From contig MU061579.1 in the NCBI GenBank assembly GCA_013265495.1, positions 4,773,146-4,837,145 of the forward strand: 64,000 nucleotides of DNA. The letters are read 5' to 3'. Position numbers and translations under genes: made by a program. This stretch comes from Vicugna vicugna (Eukaryota). Positions 28,643 to 40,271 of this stretch are shown here, piece by piece. The notes under the pieces were generated by a model. It worked only from the letters and a program-made list of their open reading frames with translations, was not told the DNA's origin and searched no databases. Positions within the stretch are counted from its first letter, which is position 1; the number at the start of each line of letters is the position of its first letter.

Positions 28643-30037
28643 CAAGTAAAGGAAATAAAAGTATACAGATTAAGCAGGAAGATATAAAACTGTCTTTGTT
28701 CACAAATGACATGACTATCCATGTTGAATATCCAGAGAAAACTGACAAAAAACCACTTGAAACTAAGTTTGAAGGATACATTAATATAAAAAAGCCAATT
28801 GCTCTTATATATTCTAAGAATGAAGAAATGGACTTGAAAATAAAAACACAATGTTATCTATATTAGCACACCAAAAATCAAATACTTAGGTATAAATCTA
28901 ACAAAATATGTACAAGATCTATTAAAAAACCCACAAAACTCTAATGAACAAAATCAAAGTAGAACCAAATAACTGGAGAGATATTTCATGTTTATGAATA
29001 GGAAGACAATATTGTTAAGATGTCAGTTCTTTCCAAATTAATATATAGATTTAATGTAATTCCACTCAAAATCCCAGCAAGTTATTTTACAGATATCCAC
29101 AAACTAACTCTAAAGTTTTAGGAAGAGGCAAAAGACCCAGAAAAGTGAATACTTGAAAGGACAAGAACAAAGTTGGAAGAGTGACACTACCTGACTTCAA
29201 GGTTTACTATAAAGCTATAGTAATCAAGACAAGGTGGAACTGGCAAAAGAATACACAAATAGATCAAGGGAACATAACAGAGAACCCAAAAAGTGATCTC
29301 CATAAATATAGTCAGCTTGTCTTTGACAAAGAAGCAAAGGCAATACAATCAAGTAAAGATAACTCTTCAACAACTGGTTCTGAAACAACTGAAAAATGAT
29401 ATGCAAAAAAATTAATCTAGATAGACTTTACATCTTTACCAGAATTAGCTCTAAATGCATCATAGACCTGAATGTAAAATGCAAAACTATAAAACTCCTA
29501 GAAGATAGCATAGAAGAAAGCCCAGAGATCTCAGGCATGATGATACCTTTAAGATACAATATCAAAGACATGATTCATGAAAAAAATAATGAATAAGCTT
29601 GACTTTTCTAAGATTAAAAATCCTGCACTGCAAAAGACAATATCAAGAGAATCAGAAGATAAGTCACAGACTGGGAGAAAATATTTGCAAAAGATACATA
29701 TGATAAAGAACTATTATCAAAAATATACAAGAACTCTTAAAGCTCAACAATAAGAGAACAACCAACCTGATTTAAAAAATGAACCAAAGACCTTAACAGA
29801 AAACTCAGTGAAGAAGATATAGAGAAGGCAAATAAACATATGAAAATATGCTTCATATCAGGTGTGATTAAGGAAGTGCAAATTAAAAAAAAAACAAAAA
29901 CCATGAGATACCACTACACACATTTTGAAATGGCCGAAATTCAGAACACTGACATCAAATGTTGCTGAGGACGTTGATCAACAGTCAATTTTGTTGTAAA
30001 TGTAAAACTGCTCTACAAAAATAAAGTCTTAAAAATT
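28643..30037 (+). mobile_element. L1MC-like element: decayed ORF2 (RT core to C-terminus) joined directly to the 3' terminus
   Basis: 'aaggaaataaaagtatacagatt...ctgtctttgttcacaaatgacatg' corresponds to KEIK..IQI..KLSLF(ADD>TND)M. ORF 29181-29399 gives [20 protein letters not shown]. Ends 'tcaattttgttgtaaatgtaaaactgctctacaaaaataaagtc'. Confidence 0.9.
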
Positions 30038-30206
30038 CAATAAAACTACACTGAATTAAACTATACTAGTTTTTTCAAATATACTGATTAATAACAATCA
30101 CTATGTTCTAGCTCCATAGTTTTGAGTCCTATCAGAACCCTTGCCCCAATTAATAGAACATTTTTCATCCTATTCACAAAATTGTAATGAAATGTATAGA
30201 TAATTG

Positions 30207-31552
30207 ATTTAATGCAATCCTTATCAAATTACCCAGGACATATTTCACAGAACTAGAACAAATCATAATAAAATTTATATGGAACCATCAAAGACCTAGA
30301 ATTGCCAAAGCTTTACTGAAGAAAAAGAAAGAGGCTGGAGGAATAACTCTCAGACTTCAGACAATACTATAGAGCTACAGTCATCAAGACAGCATGGTAT
30401 TGGTACCAAAACAGACATATAGACCAATGGAACAGAATAGAGAGCCCAAAAACGAACCCATAAACTTTTGGTCAACTCATCTTCGACAAAGGAGGCAAGA
30501 ATATACAATGGAATAAAGACAGTCTCTTCAGCAAATGGTGTTGGGAAAACTGGACAGCAGCATGTAAAGCAGTGAAGCTAGCACACTCCCTTATACCATA
30601 CACAAAAATAAACTCAAAATGGATCAAAGACTTAAACATAAGACAAGATACAATAAACCTCCTAGAAGAAAATATAGGCAAAACATTATCTGACATACAT
30701 CTCAAAAATGTTCTCCTAGAACAGTCTACTCAAGCAATAGAAATAAAAGCAAGAATAAACAAATGGGACCTAATGAAACTTACAAGCTTCTGCACAGCAA
30801 AGGAAACCAGAAGTAAAACAAAAAGACAACCTACGGAATGGGAGAAAATTTTTGCAAATGAAACCGACAAAGGCTTGATCTCCAGAATATAAAAGCAGCT
30901 CATACGACTTAATAAGAAACAACCAAACAACTCAATCCAAAAATGGGCAAAAGACCTGAACAAGAAATTCTCCAAGGAAGACATACAAATGATCAATAGG
31001 TGCATGAAAAAATGTTCAATATCACAAATTATCAGAGAAATGCAAATCAAAACTACAATGAGGTATCACCTCACACCAGTCAGAATGGCCATCATTCATA
31101 AATCCACAAACGACAAATGCTGGAGAGGCTGTGGAGAAAGGGGAACCCTCCTACACTGCTGGTGAGAATGCAGTTTGGTGCAGCCACTGTGGAAAACAGT
31201 ATGGAGATTCCTCAAAAGACTAGGAATAGACTTACCATATGACCCAGGAATCCCACTCCTGGGCTTGTATCCAGAAGGAACCCTACTTCAGGATGACACC
31301 TACACCCCAATGTTCATAGCAGCACTGTTTACAATAGCCAAGACATGGAGACAGCCTAAATGTCCATCAACAGATGACTGGATAAAGAAGAGGAGGTATA
31401 TTTATACACTGGAATATTACTCAGCCATAAAAACTGACAACACAACGCCATTTGCAGCAACATGGATGCTCCTGGAGAATGTCATTCTAAGTGAAATAAG
31501 CCAGAAAGAGAAAGAAAAATACCATATGAGATCACTCATATGTGGAATCTAA
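30207..31552 (+). pseudogene. L1 ORF2p C-terminal remnant (post-RT region and CCHC-like zinc knuckle), disabled
   Basis: ORFs 30572-30892 (HSLIPYTKINSKWIKDLNIR...) and 31175-31552 ([12 protein letters not shown]...YHMRSLICGI*). Frameshift near 30350, in-frame TAA 30890-30892, TGA 31163-31165 within [17 protein letters not shown]. Confidence 0.95.
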
Positions 31553-31890
31553 AAAAAATAAATAAATAAACCAAAAACCAAAAAAAAAAAGAAAAACAAA
31601 GCATGAACACAAAACAGAAACAGACTCATAGACAGAATACAAACTTGTGGTTGCCAAGGGGGTGGAGGGTAGGAAGGGATAGACTGGATTTCAAAATTGT
31701 AGAATAGATAAACTAGATTATACTGTATAGCACAGGGAAAATATACACAAGATCTTATGGTAGCTCACAGAGAAAAAAATGTGACAATGAATATACACAT
31801 GTTCATGTATAACTGAAAAATTGTGCTCTACGCTGGAATTTGACACAACATTGTAAAATGATTATAAATCAACAAAAAAGCTTAAAAAAA
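30207..31890 (+). mobile_element. Young 5'-truncated LINE-1 (camelid-type), about 1.7 kb, with perfect 18-bp TSD
   Basis: TSD gaaatgtatagataattg at 30189-30206 and 31891-31908. Contains ORF2 C-terminal coding sequence, a 3' UTR and an A-rich tail. Confidence 0.97.
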
Positions 31891-32959
31891 GAAATGTATA
31901 GATAATTGTAACTACCTATAACATAATTTCAAAAATAATCAACATAATATTATAATACATACGAATGAGAAATAAAATCAAAGTCATAATAAATGATTCA
32001 TATTAATTATTGTGCTTAGTTAAATAAAATATGCACTGATAATGAGTAGATATCCCTTTTTCTCTTTTCTATATGGAAAACATTTGAGTTCAAATATAAA
32101 CTTTCTTTTCAGTGAAACTTTTATGTTCTGTTCCAATAACTTGCAGAAGTGACACAGGCAGAAATGAACAGTTATTTTTCAGGAATTTTGGTCCTCCCAT
32201 ACACACATATATTTAATAATAGTTAAAGACTTTTTACAACTTACTGTTGACAAAAACTGTAAATTAAATAGGTGAAATTTCAGTGTGAGTTTCATGATTT
32301 TCAATTCTTTCCCAAACATAATACAAAAATGTTTATTTAAGAGATTAATATTTAGTCCCTCTACTCTTACCAAGAATTTTACAACTCCTTTCTAAGGTTT
32401 TGGCTTACCAGCGTAATTGAATTAAAATATTTTAATCACAAATTTTTTTCTTGTTATTTATTTTTAAGTAGACATTATGTAAGATTAATACAATTTTTCA
32501 TTTGACCTTAAGTTGTGAATTACCTAAAGTTTTGATTCATTTAGTAGCCCCTCTCTTGGCTGAATGGAGGAGCTTATCAAATTTAGAAAAGTCATCTCAA
32601 AGAACTAATAAGTATTTGAATAATAATAATATTCTCTAAGGAATAGACTTTCATAGAAGTGAAGTGAGAAATATGAGCACAAATCAAATAAAACCTGAGC
32701 CCATCAATTTTTTTTCTTCTATTGCCTCACAGCAAACTACTACTATGCATAAAGTTCAAGACAAAGTAAAAGAAATGATGGTAATCATTTTTTCCTAAAT
32801 AATTTGTAATTCAGGGTTGGGGGAAGGTGAATTTGCAGCCTGTTAGCTCTACTATAGCTTGGAGAAGTGACCCAGCTCCCTGGGCCAAGTTAAATTCTTA
32901 CAGGTTGAGCAAGCAATAGGTTAGCAAATGGAAGAGACAGACAGCTCTGATGGCCCCAA

Positions 32960-33165
32960 ACTCAAGTTCTGTTTCTAACTCAATCTCTTATTAGCTCAAC
33001 AAATTTCTCAAATTCTCTGTCTCTTAGTTTCCTTCACCTGTAAAATGAAAGTGATAGTAAAAACAAACAACAACAATAACAACAACACATTGCTCTTGTC
33101 TGAATTAACTGAGTTACTACATTTAAAGAACATTGTGGAATAGCTGGCACATGGTAAACACGTCA
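32960..33165 (+). mobile_element. MIR SINE
   Basis: 'ctctgtctcttagtttccttcacctgtaaaatgaaagtgatagta', 'gctggcacatggtaaacac'. Confidence 0.75.
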
Positions 33166-33399
33166 AAAAGAAGTATGAGAGATTTGATATAACTAATAGC
33201 TAAAAAATAAACTGAAATGCATTTGAATGATTGAGTATAAATGGACATTTATATAATTTATTATAATCTCAACTGATGTCAGAAAGGAAATATTTCATAA
33301 AATTCTACATTAACTCATTTAGGACAACTAAGAGTAGAAGTCATACATTAGTATAAGACTATGTGACATATGATAATTAAATCATTTTACTTATATTTG

Positions 33400-33900
33400 G
33401 CAGTTAATATATTTATACCATTCAAAGAATACTATATATATTGTTCTCCACTATGGTTTCTTTACTTGACAATTCATTTTGGACTCGGGTATATATACAT
33501 AATACATACATTTTTACACATACACACTTGTATACGTACACACCCTAGCACATGCAAACACACTTTTTGCATTAATGGTTGAATAGTACCCATTGAATGG
33601 ATGCATCTAAATTTAATAAGCCAGCCCCTTATATATCTATATGTTTAGACATTTTAGTTTGGGCATTTAAAATGTTTCCAATATTTAGTTAGCAAATAAA
33701 ATCAATGCACATACATACACTGCAAAATATGAAAGACCTTTATTACTAGAATCATTTTCAGTCCAGTGTGTTTTTAATCTTTTTAACCAAGCTAAACTCA
33801 CAGGTGAAAAACACTGTATAACTCTAGTTTAACTTGCATTTACCTTATAATAAATGAGTTTTAACATCTCTTCATGTGTTTACAAAATTTTCACTTATGA
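33400..33900 (-). mobile_element. Old L1ME-like fragment
   Basis: 'ttaatggttgaatagtacccattgaatggatgcatctaaatttaataagccagcccctt', 'tagtttaacttgcatttaccttataataaatgagttttaacatctcttcatgtgttta'. Confidence 0.6.
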
Positions 33901-34479
33901 TTCATGTTACTCATTGTTCATTTCATTTGCAAAGTTATTTCTTCTTTAGCAATTACTTACTGAGCAACTACTATGTATATGTCCTCTTGCAGGTGCTGAA
34001 GATGTATCAGTTAAGTCAGACAGATAAAAACTCCTGCACCTATGGAGCTTCCATTTTTCTATTGCATTTTTGGTATTTATCTTTCTGACTTGTAGTATCT
34101 TTATTATGTTACATTTTCTCATTTTGTCATAGCTTCATATACACTGATAATCACCAAAGTATAAGTACAATGAGATAAAGGATGCTATTTGCAATAACAA
34201 GCAAAATAATACATGGTGATAAAACTAACAAAAAAAAGGTGTAAAATCTAGAAAATCTTTAAAATTCTACTAAGGGAGAAAAACATAGACTTAAATATAG
34301 ACACACATGATTTTCGAGATGAATATTACAGATGTACGTTTCCTATAAGTTATTCTATATCTTGAAAAAAACAATAAAATAACTACAGGGATTCTGGTAA
34401 GTATAGAAGCAGATTCTATAGTTTCTATTAAATATTTCAAAGTCAAGAATAAATAAGAAAAGCCTGAAAAATAGAACAA

Positions 34480-35731
34480 TGGTAGATGACCAACCCTGAA
34501 AGATATATCTCCACTTAATTCAACAGTGATATGGTCTGAATGTTTTTGTCCCTCCCAAATTCATATGTTGAACACATAATCCCCAAAGATGATGGTATTC
34601 AGAGGTGGACTTTTGGAAGGAGCTTAGGTCGTGAGGGCAGAACTCTCACGAATAATGATGTCTTTATAAAAGAAGTTCTAGAAAGATCTCCAACCCCTTC
34701 CATCATGAAAGGGCACAGCAAGAAGTTGTTAGCTATGAACCAGAAACAGCGCCTTTATCAGAATGTGATCATGCAGGCACCTTGATCTGGGACTACACAG
34801 GCTCCACAATGTGAGAAATAAATTTTTCTTGTTTATAAGCTATCCTGTCTTCGGTATCTTATTGTAGCAGCCCAAAGAGCCTGAGACAACAGTCTGGCTG
34901 CAGCTGAAATTATATGGGCACTAGTGGATGACTATAGACTACTGCAAAGTCAACCAAGTAGTAACCCAGTAGCTCTAATTACACACTATGTGCCAGACAT
35001 GGTGTCTTTACTAGAGAAAACAGTACGACTGCAGATACATGGTATATGATCGCTGATTAGAAAATGCTTTCTTTTTCCTCCCAATCAAAAAAGTGAACGG
35101 GAAATTATTTGCATTTACATGCCATAGGAAGAAACAGATAATTACAGCTTTGCTACAGGTCCGGTTAACTCTCTTGCCCTCTGTCATAACACAGTTTGCA
35201 GACATCTGAACTCTAAATGTCCTCAAAAGTCGCCATTGATTCCATCTCCTATGTTAATGATACTGTATTCATCAGGCTGAATGAAGAAGTGGTTAACATG
35301 GGGGAGGCCTTTGTAAGACGCCTGAGTTCCAGTGATTGGGAAATTAACTCTAGAACAATTGAGGGGCTAGCCAAACTTGTAAAATTGTTAGGGGTCTAGT
35401 GGCCAGGTGTATGTGGGGATATCCTCTGCAAAGTTAAAGACAAATGTTTCCATCTTTCAACTCAACCAAAGGAAGCACAAAGCCTGGAAGGCCACTTTGG
35501 CTTCTAAAAACAGCCTATTCCACAACAAAGAATGTTCTGACTTGGAAACCAGGCAATGCGAAAGGCAGCTAACTTTGAACTGAGCACAGAGCATGGAAGG
35601 GCTCTGTCACATGTCCAGGCTGTAGTGCAAGTAGCCCTACTGCTTGGACCATAAGATCTGGTGAAGCCTAAGCTGTGGGAGAAGATGCCATCTGCATTTT
35701 ATATGACGCTCCAGTGGGAAAATCACAGGAG
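34480..35731 (+). pseudogene. ERV-L (class III) pol fossil: reverse transcriptase and connection region, split by an MLT1A-like LTR
   Basis: Manual translation across frameshifts and stops: ISPLNST|VWLQLK..WMTIDYCKVNQVV..VPDMVSLLEK..TWY..ENAFFFLPI..LFAFT..VNSLALCHNTV..SYVNDTVFI..WEINSRTIEGLAKLVKLLGV*W..KVKDK..KEAQSLEGHFGF..RKAANFE..ALSHVQAVVQVALLLGP*D..APVGKSQ. This is colinear with the ERV-L Pol motifs SPFNSPVW, MTVDYRKLNQVV, ANAFFSIP, NSPALCHN, YIDD, WEINP, VKFLGVQW, ALQQVQAAVQAALPLGPYD as I recall them. Confidence 0.92.
34527..34888 (+). mobile_element. MaLR solo LTR (MLT1A-like) nested in ERV-L pol
   Basis: Starts tgatatggtctgaatgtttttgtccctcccaaattcatatgttgaa; AATAAA in 'gtgagaaataaatttttc'; ends gtagcagcccaaagagcctgagaca. 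Flanked by duplicated ACAG (34523-34526 / 34889-34892). Confidence 0.92.
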
Positions 35732-35740
35732 CTGATCACT

Positions 35741-35804
35741 AATAAACATCTTACCCTGGAAACTCTGTCTCAGTATCTGTATTTCAAAAACCCAGTTTGT
35801 GACA
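35741..35804 (+). mobile_element. 3' terminus of an old ERVL-type LTR
   Basis: 'aataaacatcttaccctggaaactctgtctcagtatctgtatttcaaaaacccagtttgtgaca': poly(A) signal plus typical LTR U5 end ending in CA. Confidence 0.55.
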
Positions 35805-35891
35805 ATAATCTATCATGCAGCTGACAAAAATATAGATTTTTAATAAATATTTGTTAAACAAACAAAAGGGTACAAAAATGAATGGACAACC

Positions 35892-36441
35892 TATTTGACA
35901 GTTTTGTAATGTGCTGACATAGCTGGGCTAAATACATCATCAGAAGTATCTTCCTTGTATGTTTCTAGTAGAGGTGGGCCACAAGAGATTCTTGGGGAAG
36001 GTAGAAAGAAGGAAGCCATCGATTTTATAATCGGTACATGTTGCTCTTGATTCGCTGACAATGTTGCTGGCATAAAGCAACATCTGGGCGGAAATTGCTT
36101 TACCTTCCCTCAATTCTTTTTTCAGTTTTCCTGACTCCTGGGCCAGATGTGGATGTTTCTCAACTTGACAAAGGGCCCTTGCTTCTGCAGAATGACCTTT
36201 ACGAAGGTTAGAGGAACCAAGAACAGAGAGGAACTTCAATTTGTCCTCTGAGGATCCCAGGTTGTGTTGAAAGGGTTCCAACATGTTCCTGATCCTCTCT
36301 TCCTTTTAATAAATCAATTATATATACACTCATAAATATATATATGAAACAAAAAGACAAACACACATATGCCTATACACAAGAATACACACACACATAT
36401 CCTTCTGTCTCTGCTTCTCTGGTTGAACCTCAAATGATACA
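35892..36441 (+). mobile_element. ERVL LTR (MLT2E/F-like)
   Basis: 5' 'gacagttttgtaatgtgctgacatagctgggctaaa'; AATAAA followed by a (TA)/(CA)-rich tract; 3' 'ctgcttctctggttgaacctcaaatgataca'. Confidence 0.7.
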
Positions 36442-36539
36442 ATCAACAAATCAACATTAGAAATGGTTCAAATACATGGGGCTTCTTACATATGTTAATA
36501 GGAAATTTAATTAGTACTCTAAGGTAGATCATGCTATTC

Positions 36540-36681
36540 TTTTTTTTTTTGATTAAAAAAAATTGGGGGGAGGTAATTAGGTTTATTTATTTATTCATTT
36601 TCATGGAGGTCCTGGGGGTTGAATCCAGGACCTTGTATACGCTAAGCACACACTCTACCATTGAGCTATACCCTCCCACCA
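36540..36681 (-). mobile_element. tRNA-derived SINE (camelid Vic-1-like)
   Basis: Minus strand gggagggtatagctcaatggtagag...ggattcaaccccc with A-rich tail. Degenerate TSD atcatgctattc (36528-36539) / atcatgttactc (36682-36693). Confidence 0.9.
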
Positions 36682-37217
36682 ATCATGTTACTCAGAGTAC
36701 AAATCCTTTCAGTGACCGACAACACTCAACACAATCTGATTCCCCACTAACTTGCTCACCTTATCTCCTACCACTCTTCTTATGTTAAATCAACCTCAGT
36801 TGATTGACTGCCTTCATCTTCAAATATAACACATCCCCCTGGCTCAGAGCTTTTACGTTGCTGTTTCCTTATCTCTGGAGCACAGTTCTCTCAGATATCC
36901 ATCCTTATGGCTCCCTCTCTCCTATCCTTCAAGTGAAAGCTCAAATGTTTTCTATCTGGGAGGGCTTCCCTGACCACCTGTATAAAATAGCAAATTTGCC
37001 ATCATTCATTTTTTTTTCCATAGCATTTATCTCTGTTTTACAAAGGATAAGTCAATTTTTCTACTCATTTATTTTTTGTCTAACTGGAATGAAGACTCCA
37101 GGCAAATGTGAACATCATCTATTGTTTATTGTGTCTCCAATGGCTACAGCAATGGTTAACCTATAGTTAATATTTGGTAAGTATTTTTGAATAAATTAAT
37201 GAAAGTGAATGAATAAA
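36682..37217 (+). mobile_element. L2 3' end
   Basis: 'cagagcttttacgttgctgtttccttatctctggag', 'agggcttccctgaccacctgtataaaatagc', terminus 'gtatttttgaataaattaatgaaagtgaatgaataaa'. Confidence 0.85.
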
Positions 37218-40200
37218 AATATGAATCAAAATGATAAATAAGTACATTTTCTTTGAGGCTACAATTTTGCCTCTATGACTGATTTAAAATATCATAGTCT
37301 CAAAATTTACCTGCACAGATAAAATTGTAGCATAATTTATAATTGCAAAATTGAAAGGACAGGCAATACCAGAAACTCATCAAAGAAGTACTGTGCATCT
37401 GGTCTACCTATGATGGAATTTAAGTGTCTGTTTAATGCTATGGAAACATTTCCTTGCTATTTTGGTCAGTGAAAAAAGCAATTTATAGCAAAGTATGTAA
37501 GGGTTTTAAGACTGTGAAAGTGAGAAATTTCCTTTTTATTATGCACAGTTCTATACTGGTTAATCTGATTTTTACTACGCTCTCCCATTGCTTTTACAAT
37601 TGAATTCTTCATGTAGGTTTACTTAAAATACACACACACAAACACTAAATCTACTGGTACAACATGAATGCCAGTGACAGTAATACTGAAGCTAATTATA
37701 AGAATGACCTTCCTGAGAACAGAACAATATTTCTTCCCTGATCTGCTCCAGCATTCAGAACTCCAGTACTGTGCCTTAGACTAGATCTTTAAAAAATATT
37801 TGTTGATTGCATTATTGAGATTTGAGTTCCACATATTAAGTAACACCACAAAAAGTTTCTTCTCATATTTATACTTCGTTCTTACTTTCATTTTCATCAA
37901 AACACACACACACACAACACAGTCACAATGAACAGTTATTCTGTTCTCTAGATAAAAAAGCAGTAGCTTGTAGAAGAGTCCCAAGAGATAAAATGCAATG
38001 ACTACCAATACAGCAAAGCTCCCAGGGGAACTTTTGACTCAATTTTCCAACAGTGGCAGAGAAAAAAGAAACAGAGTTCTGTCAAGTTCCAGAAAAGAAC
38101 CATCCCATCCGGTCCCTGGAGAAATGCTGGGAGAATGGGCATTACTTTTGTTGCTTTTGAAGCCTTCGTCTCTCGATCCACTACTGCTGGCATTGCCCAT
38201 TTAACTGCACCGTGACCTGCTTTGAAGGAAGAAATTCAGGGAAGACGAATGCCAGCTTGAAGTCCCCAAACACAGTATTCATATGGACCAGATCAAAAAG
38301 AAAAGAAATCATTTCAGGTCTGAGGGACTGCTGCTGAGCGAGTGAGACTAGAAGAGTCTGAAAGGACAGCGGATTGAAATAGCAGAAGTGATACTTTTAT
38401 TCTGCCATCTTTGCAGAGGGATTCATTTTGGGACTGCTCAAAATGTTTTGCACCTTATAATCCTTAAAGTATTTTACAATCAGATTTTATTCTTTTTTGA
38501 GGGCCCCAGATTCTTGCACAAGGCTTCTACTTCCTTTCTGGGTTCGCATCACCATTTTGATAAAGTAAAATAATGTATTTATTTTCTGTCAAGTCATCAG
38601 AGAAATTACAGAAATTTGCTGAACTGTATTAAAACTACCTAAGAATTTTCTAATAAATACTGAGTAATACACTGTCATTTTTTCTATTTTGTTAATAAGA
38701 ACTATTAATCATCTAATATTTAACAGAATTAATTCCTCTGAGTAAATAAAGAACCTAATGACAAAATCTTCTAAAATATAGTAATGTTTTGTATGGAAAG
38801 TTAAAAAAATGCAAATGCTTGAAATTAAATGCCAGGCATTATTTACCTGATGCAATATATCTTATCACATCTAAGTATTTTAAATAATTCTACTGGCTAT
38901 TCGGTGTTTTGAAAGAACATGAACTATTTCAATATTAATCAGTAAGTAACTTACTAGAAAAAATATTCTATTATTTTCTATGCTTCAAGATGATTTTATG
39001 TAAAAATCAAGAGTAAATTAAGTATTTAAAATTTTTATTTGTATATATTTATGTTTTATTTTATTAACTTACTGAAGTCTCTCCCCAATAAATTTTTTTC
39101 ATTGAAAGAAATGTTAATACTCCAGTTGTTTCACTTGTCAGTGTGTTATCTTTTCGAGTTATTTTTTTGTGCCCTTTCCACTTCATCTCCTTGATTACCA
39201 CATGATCATTCTTCTCTGTTAGTAATAAAGCATATGAATTTGAATAAGTTAAGGGCAATGTGAACAATCAGGGCTACAGCATTTGTCTAATGATACAGAT
39301 TTTCTCACATCTTGAATTATAACCCCACTTCTGAACATTCAAATTCCAAGTCACATACTTACATTCAATTGATACTAAAGGATGAAATAATTTTGAATAG
39401 GTTTCTCATCAGTTTACAGTTTTTAAAATCAAGATATTTTCTAAAATTTTTACTATTTTAAAAATTAATAATTAATTTTAGAAATCAATCAAAAGATAAC
39501 AATTTTCAATTAGTATTTGTACACAAAATTTTGTCACTATTTTCCATGAATTTATTCTAAAATTGAGAAAACTAGAGGCTTATCAGGTTATTTGACATAT
39601 GGTTTAGGCAGCCTAAATCTTTGTATTTTTTCATTTGCAGTTTTTAAAAACCTAAAATTAACCCTAAGTTTAAAATATTAAAATTCAGTAGAAAATGTAA
39701 TGATAATGTAGATTTCACACATTTTTTTCTAAAAAATATATTGTTATTCCTGAAATGTACCACTTATCAGGCAAAAGCTAGGTGAAGTTGAATGTTTATT
39801 TGTGATAATGAAACAACAAATGATTTACTTGTGATGAAAATGTGATTACTATTTTGAAATTTCTTTGCCATTCAGCAGATACATGCGGGCTGACACCATG
39901 TTGCCTCAGGTAAATAAAGATCTGTGCCTTAAAGGTCGCGCCTCTTTGCTCTGATGGCTTCTTAACATTTCTCATTTTACAATCTGACCCTTTTATCATT
40001 AATTCTGGTATCCCAGACCAGGGGTCTCAAGGGTACCATGAGACTTGGAAACATCTCACACTCATCTTTATAATAATCTTCTCTCACAGTGAAAGCTATG
40101 GACTGCATGTATTCAATAAAACAATTTAAATCGATACTCATTAAAAAGAATCAATGTGATTGGTAAGTCCCTGGGTAAGAGATTGCTTCAAAAAAAAAAG

Positions 40201-40271
40201 TGTATAATAAAAAGAAAAAGAACAAGCTTATGTTTACTGTCGAGATAGTGAAGTAGCATTGTTTCTGCTTT

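Noticed and set aside
30472..31050. Minus-strand ORFs of 77 and 106 aa
   Set aside because: Antisense frames of L1 ORF2, a common artefact; not host genes.
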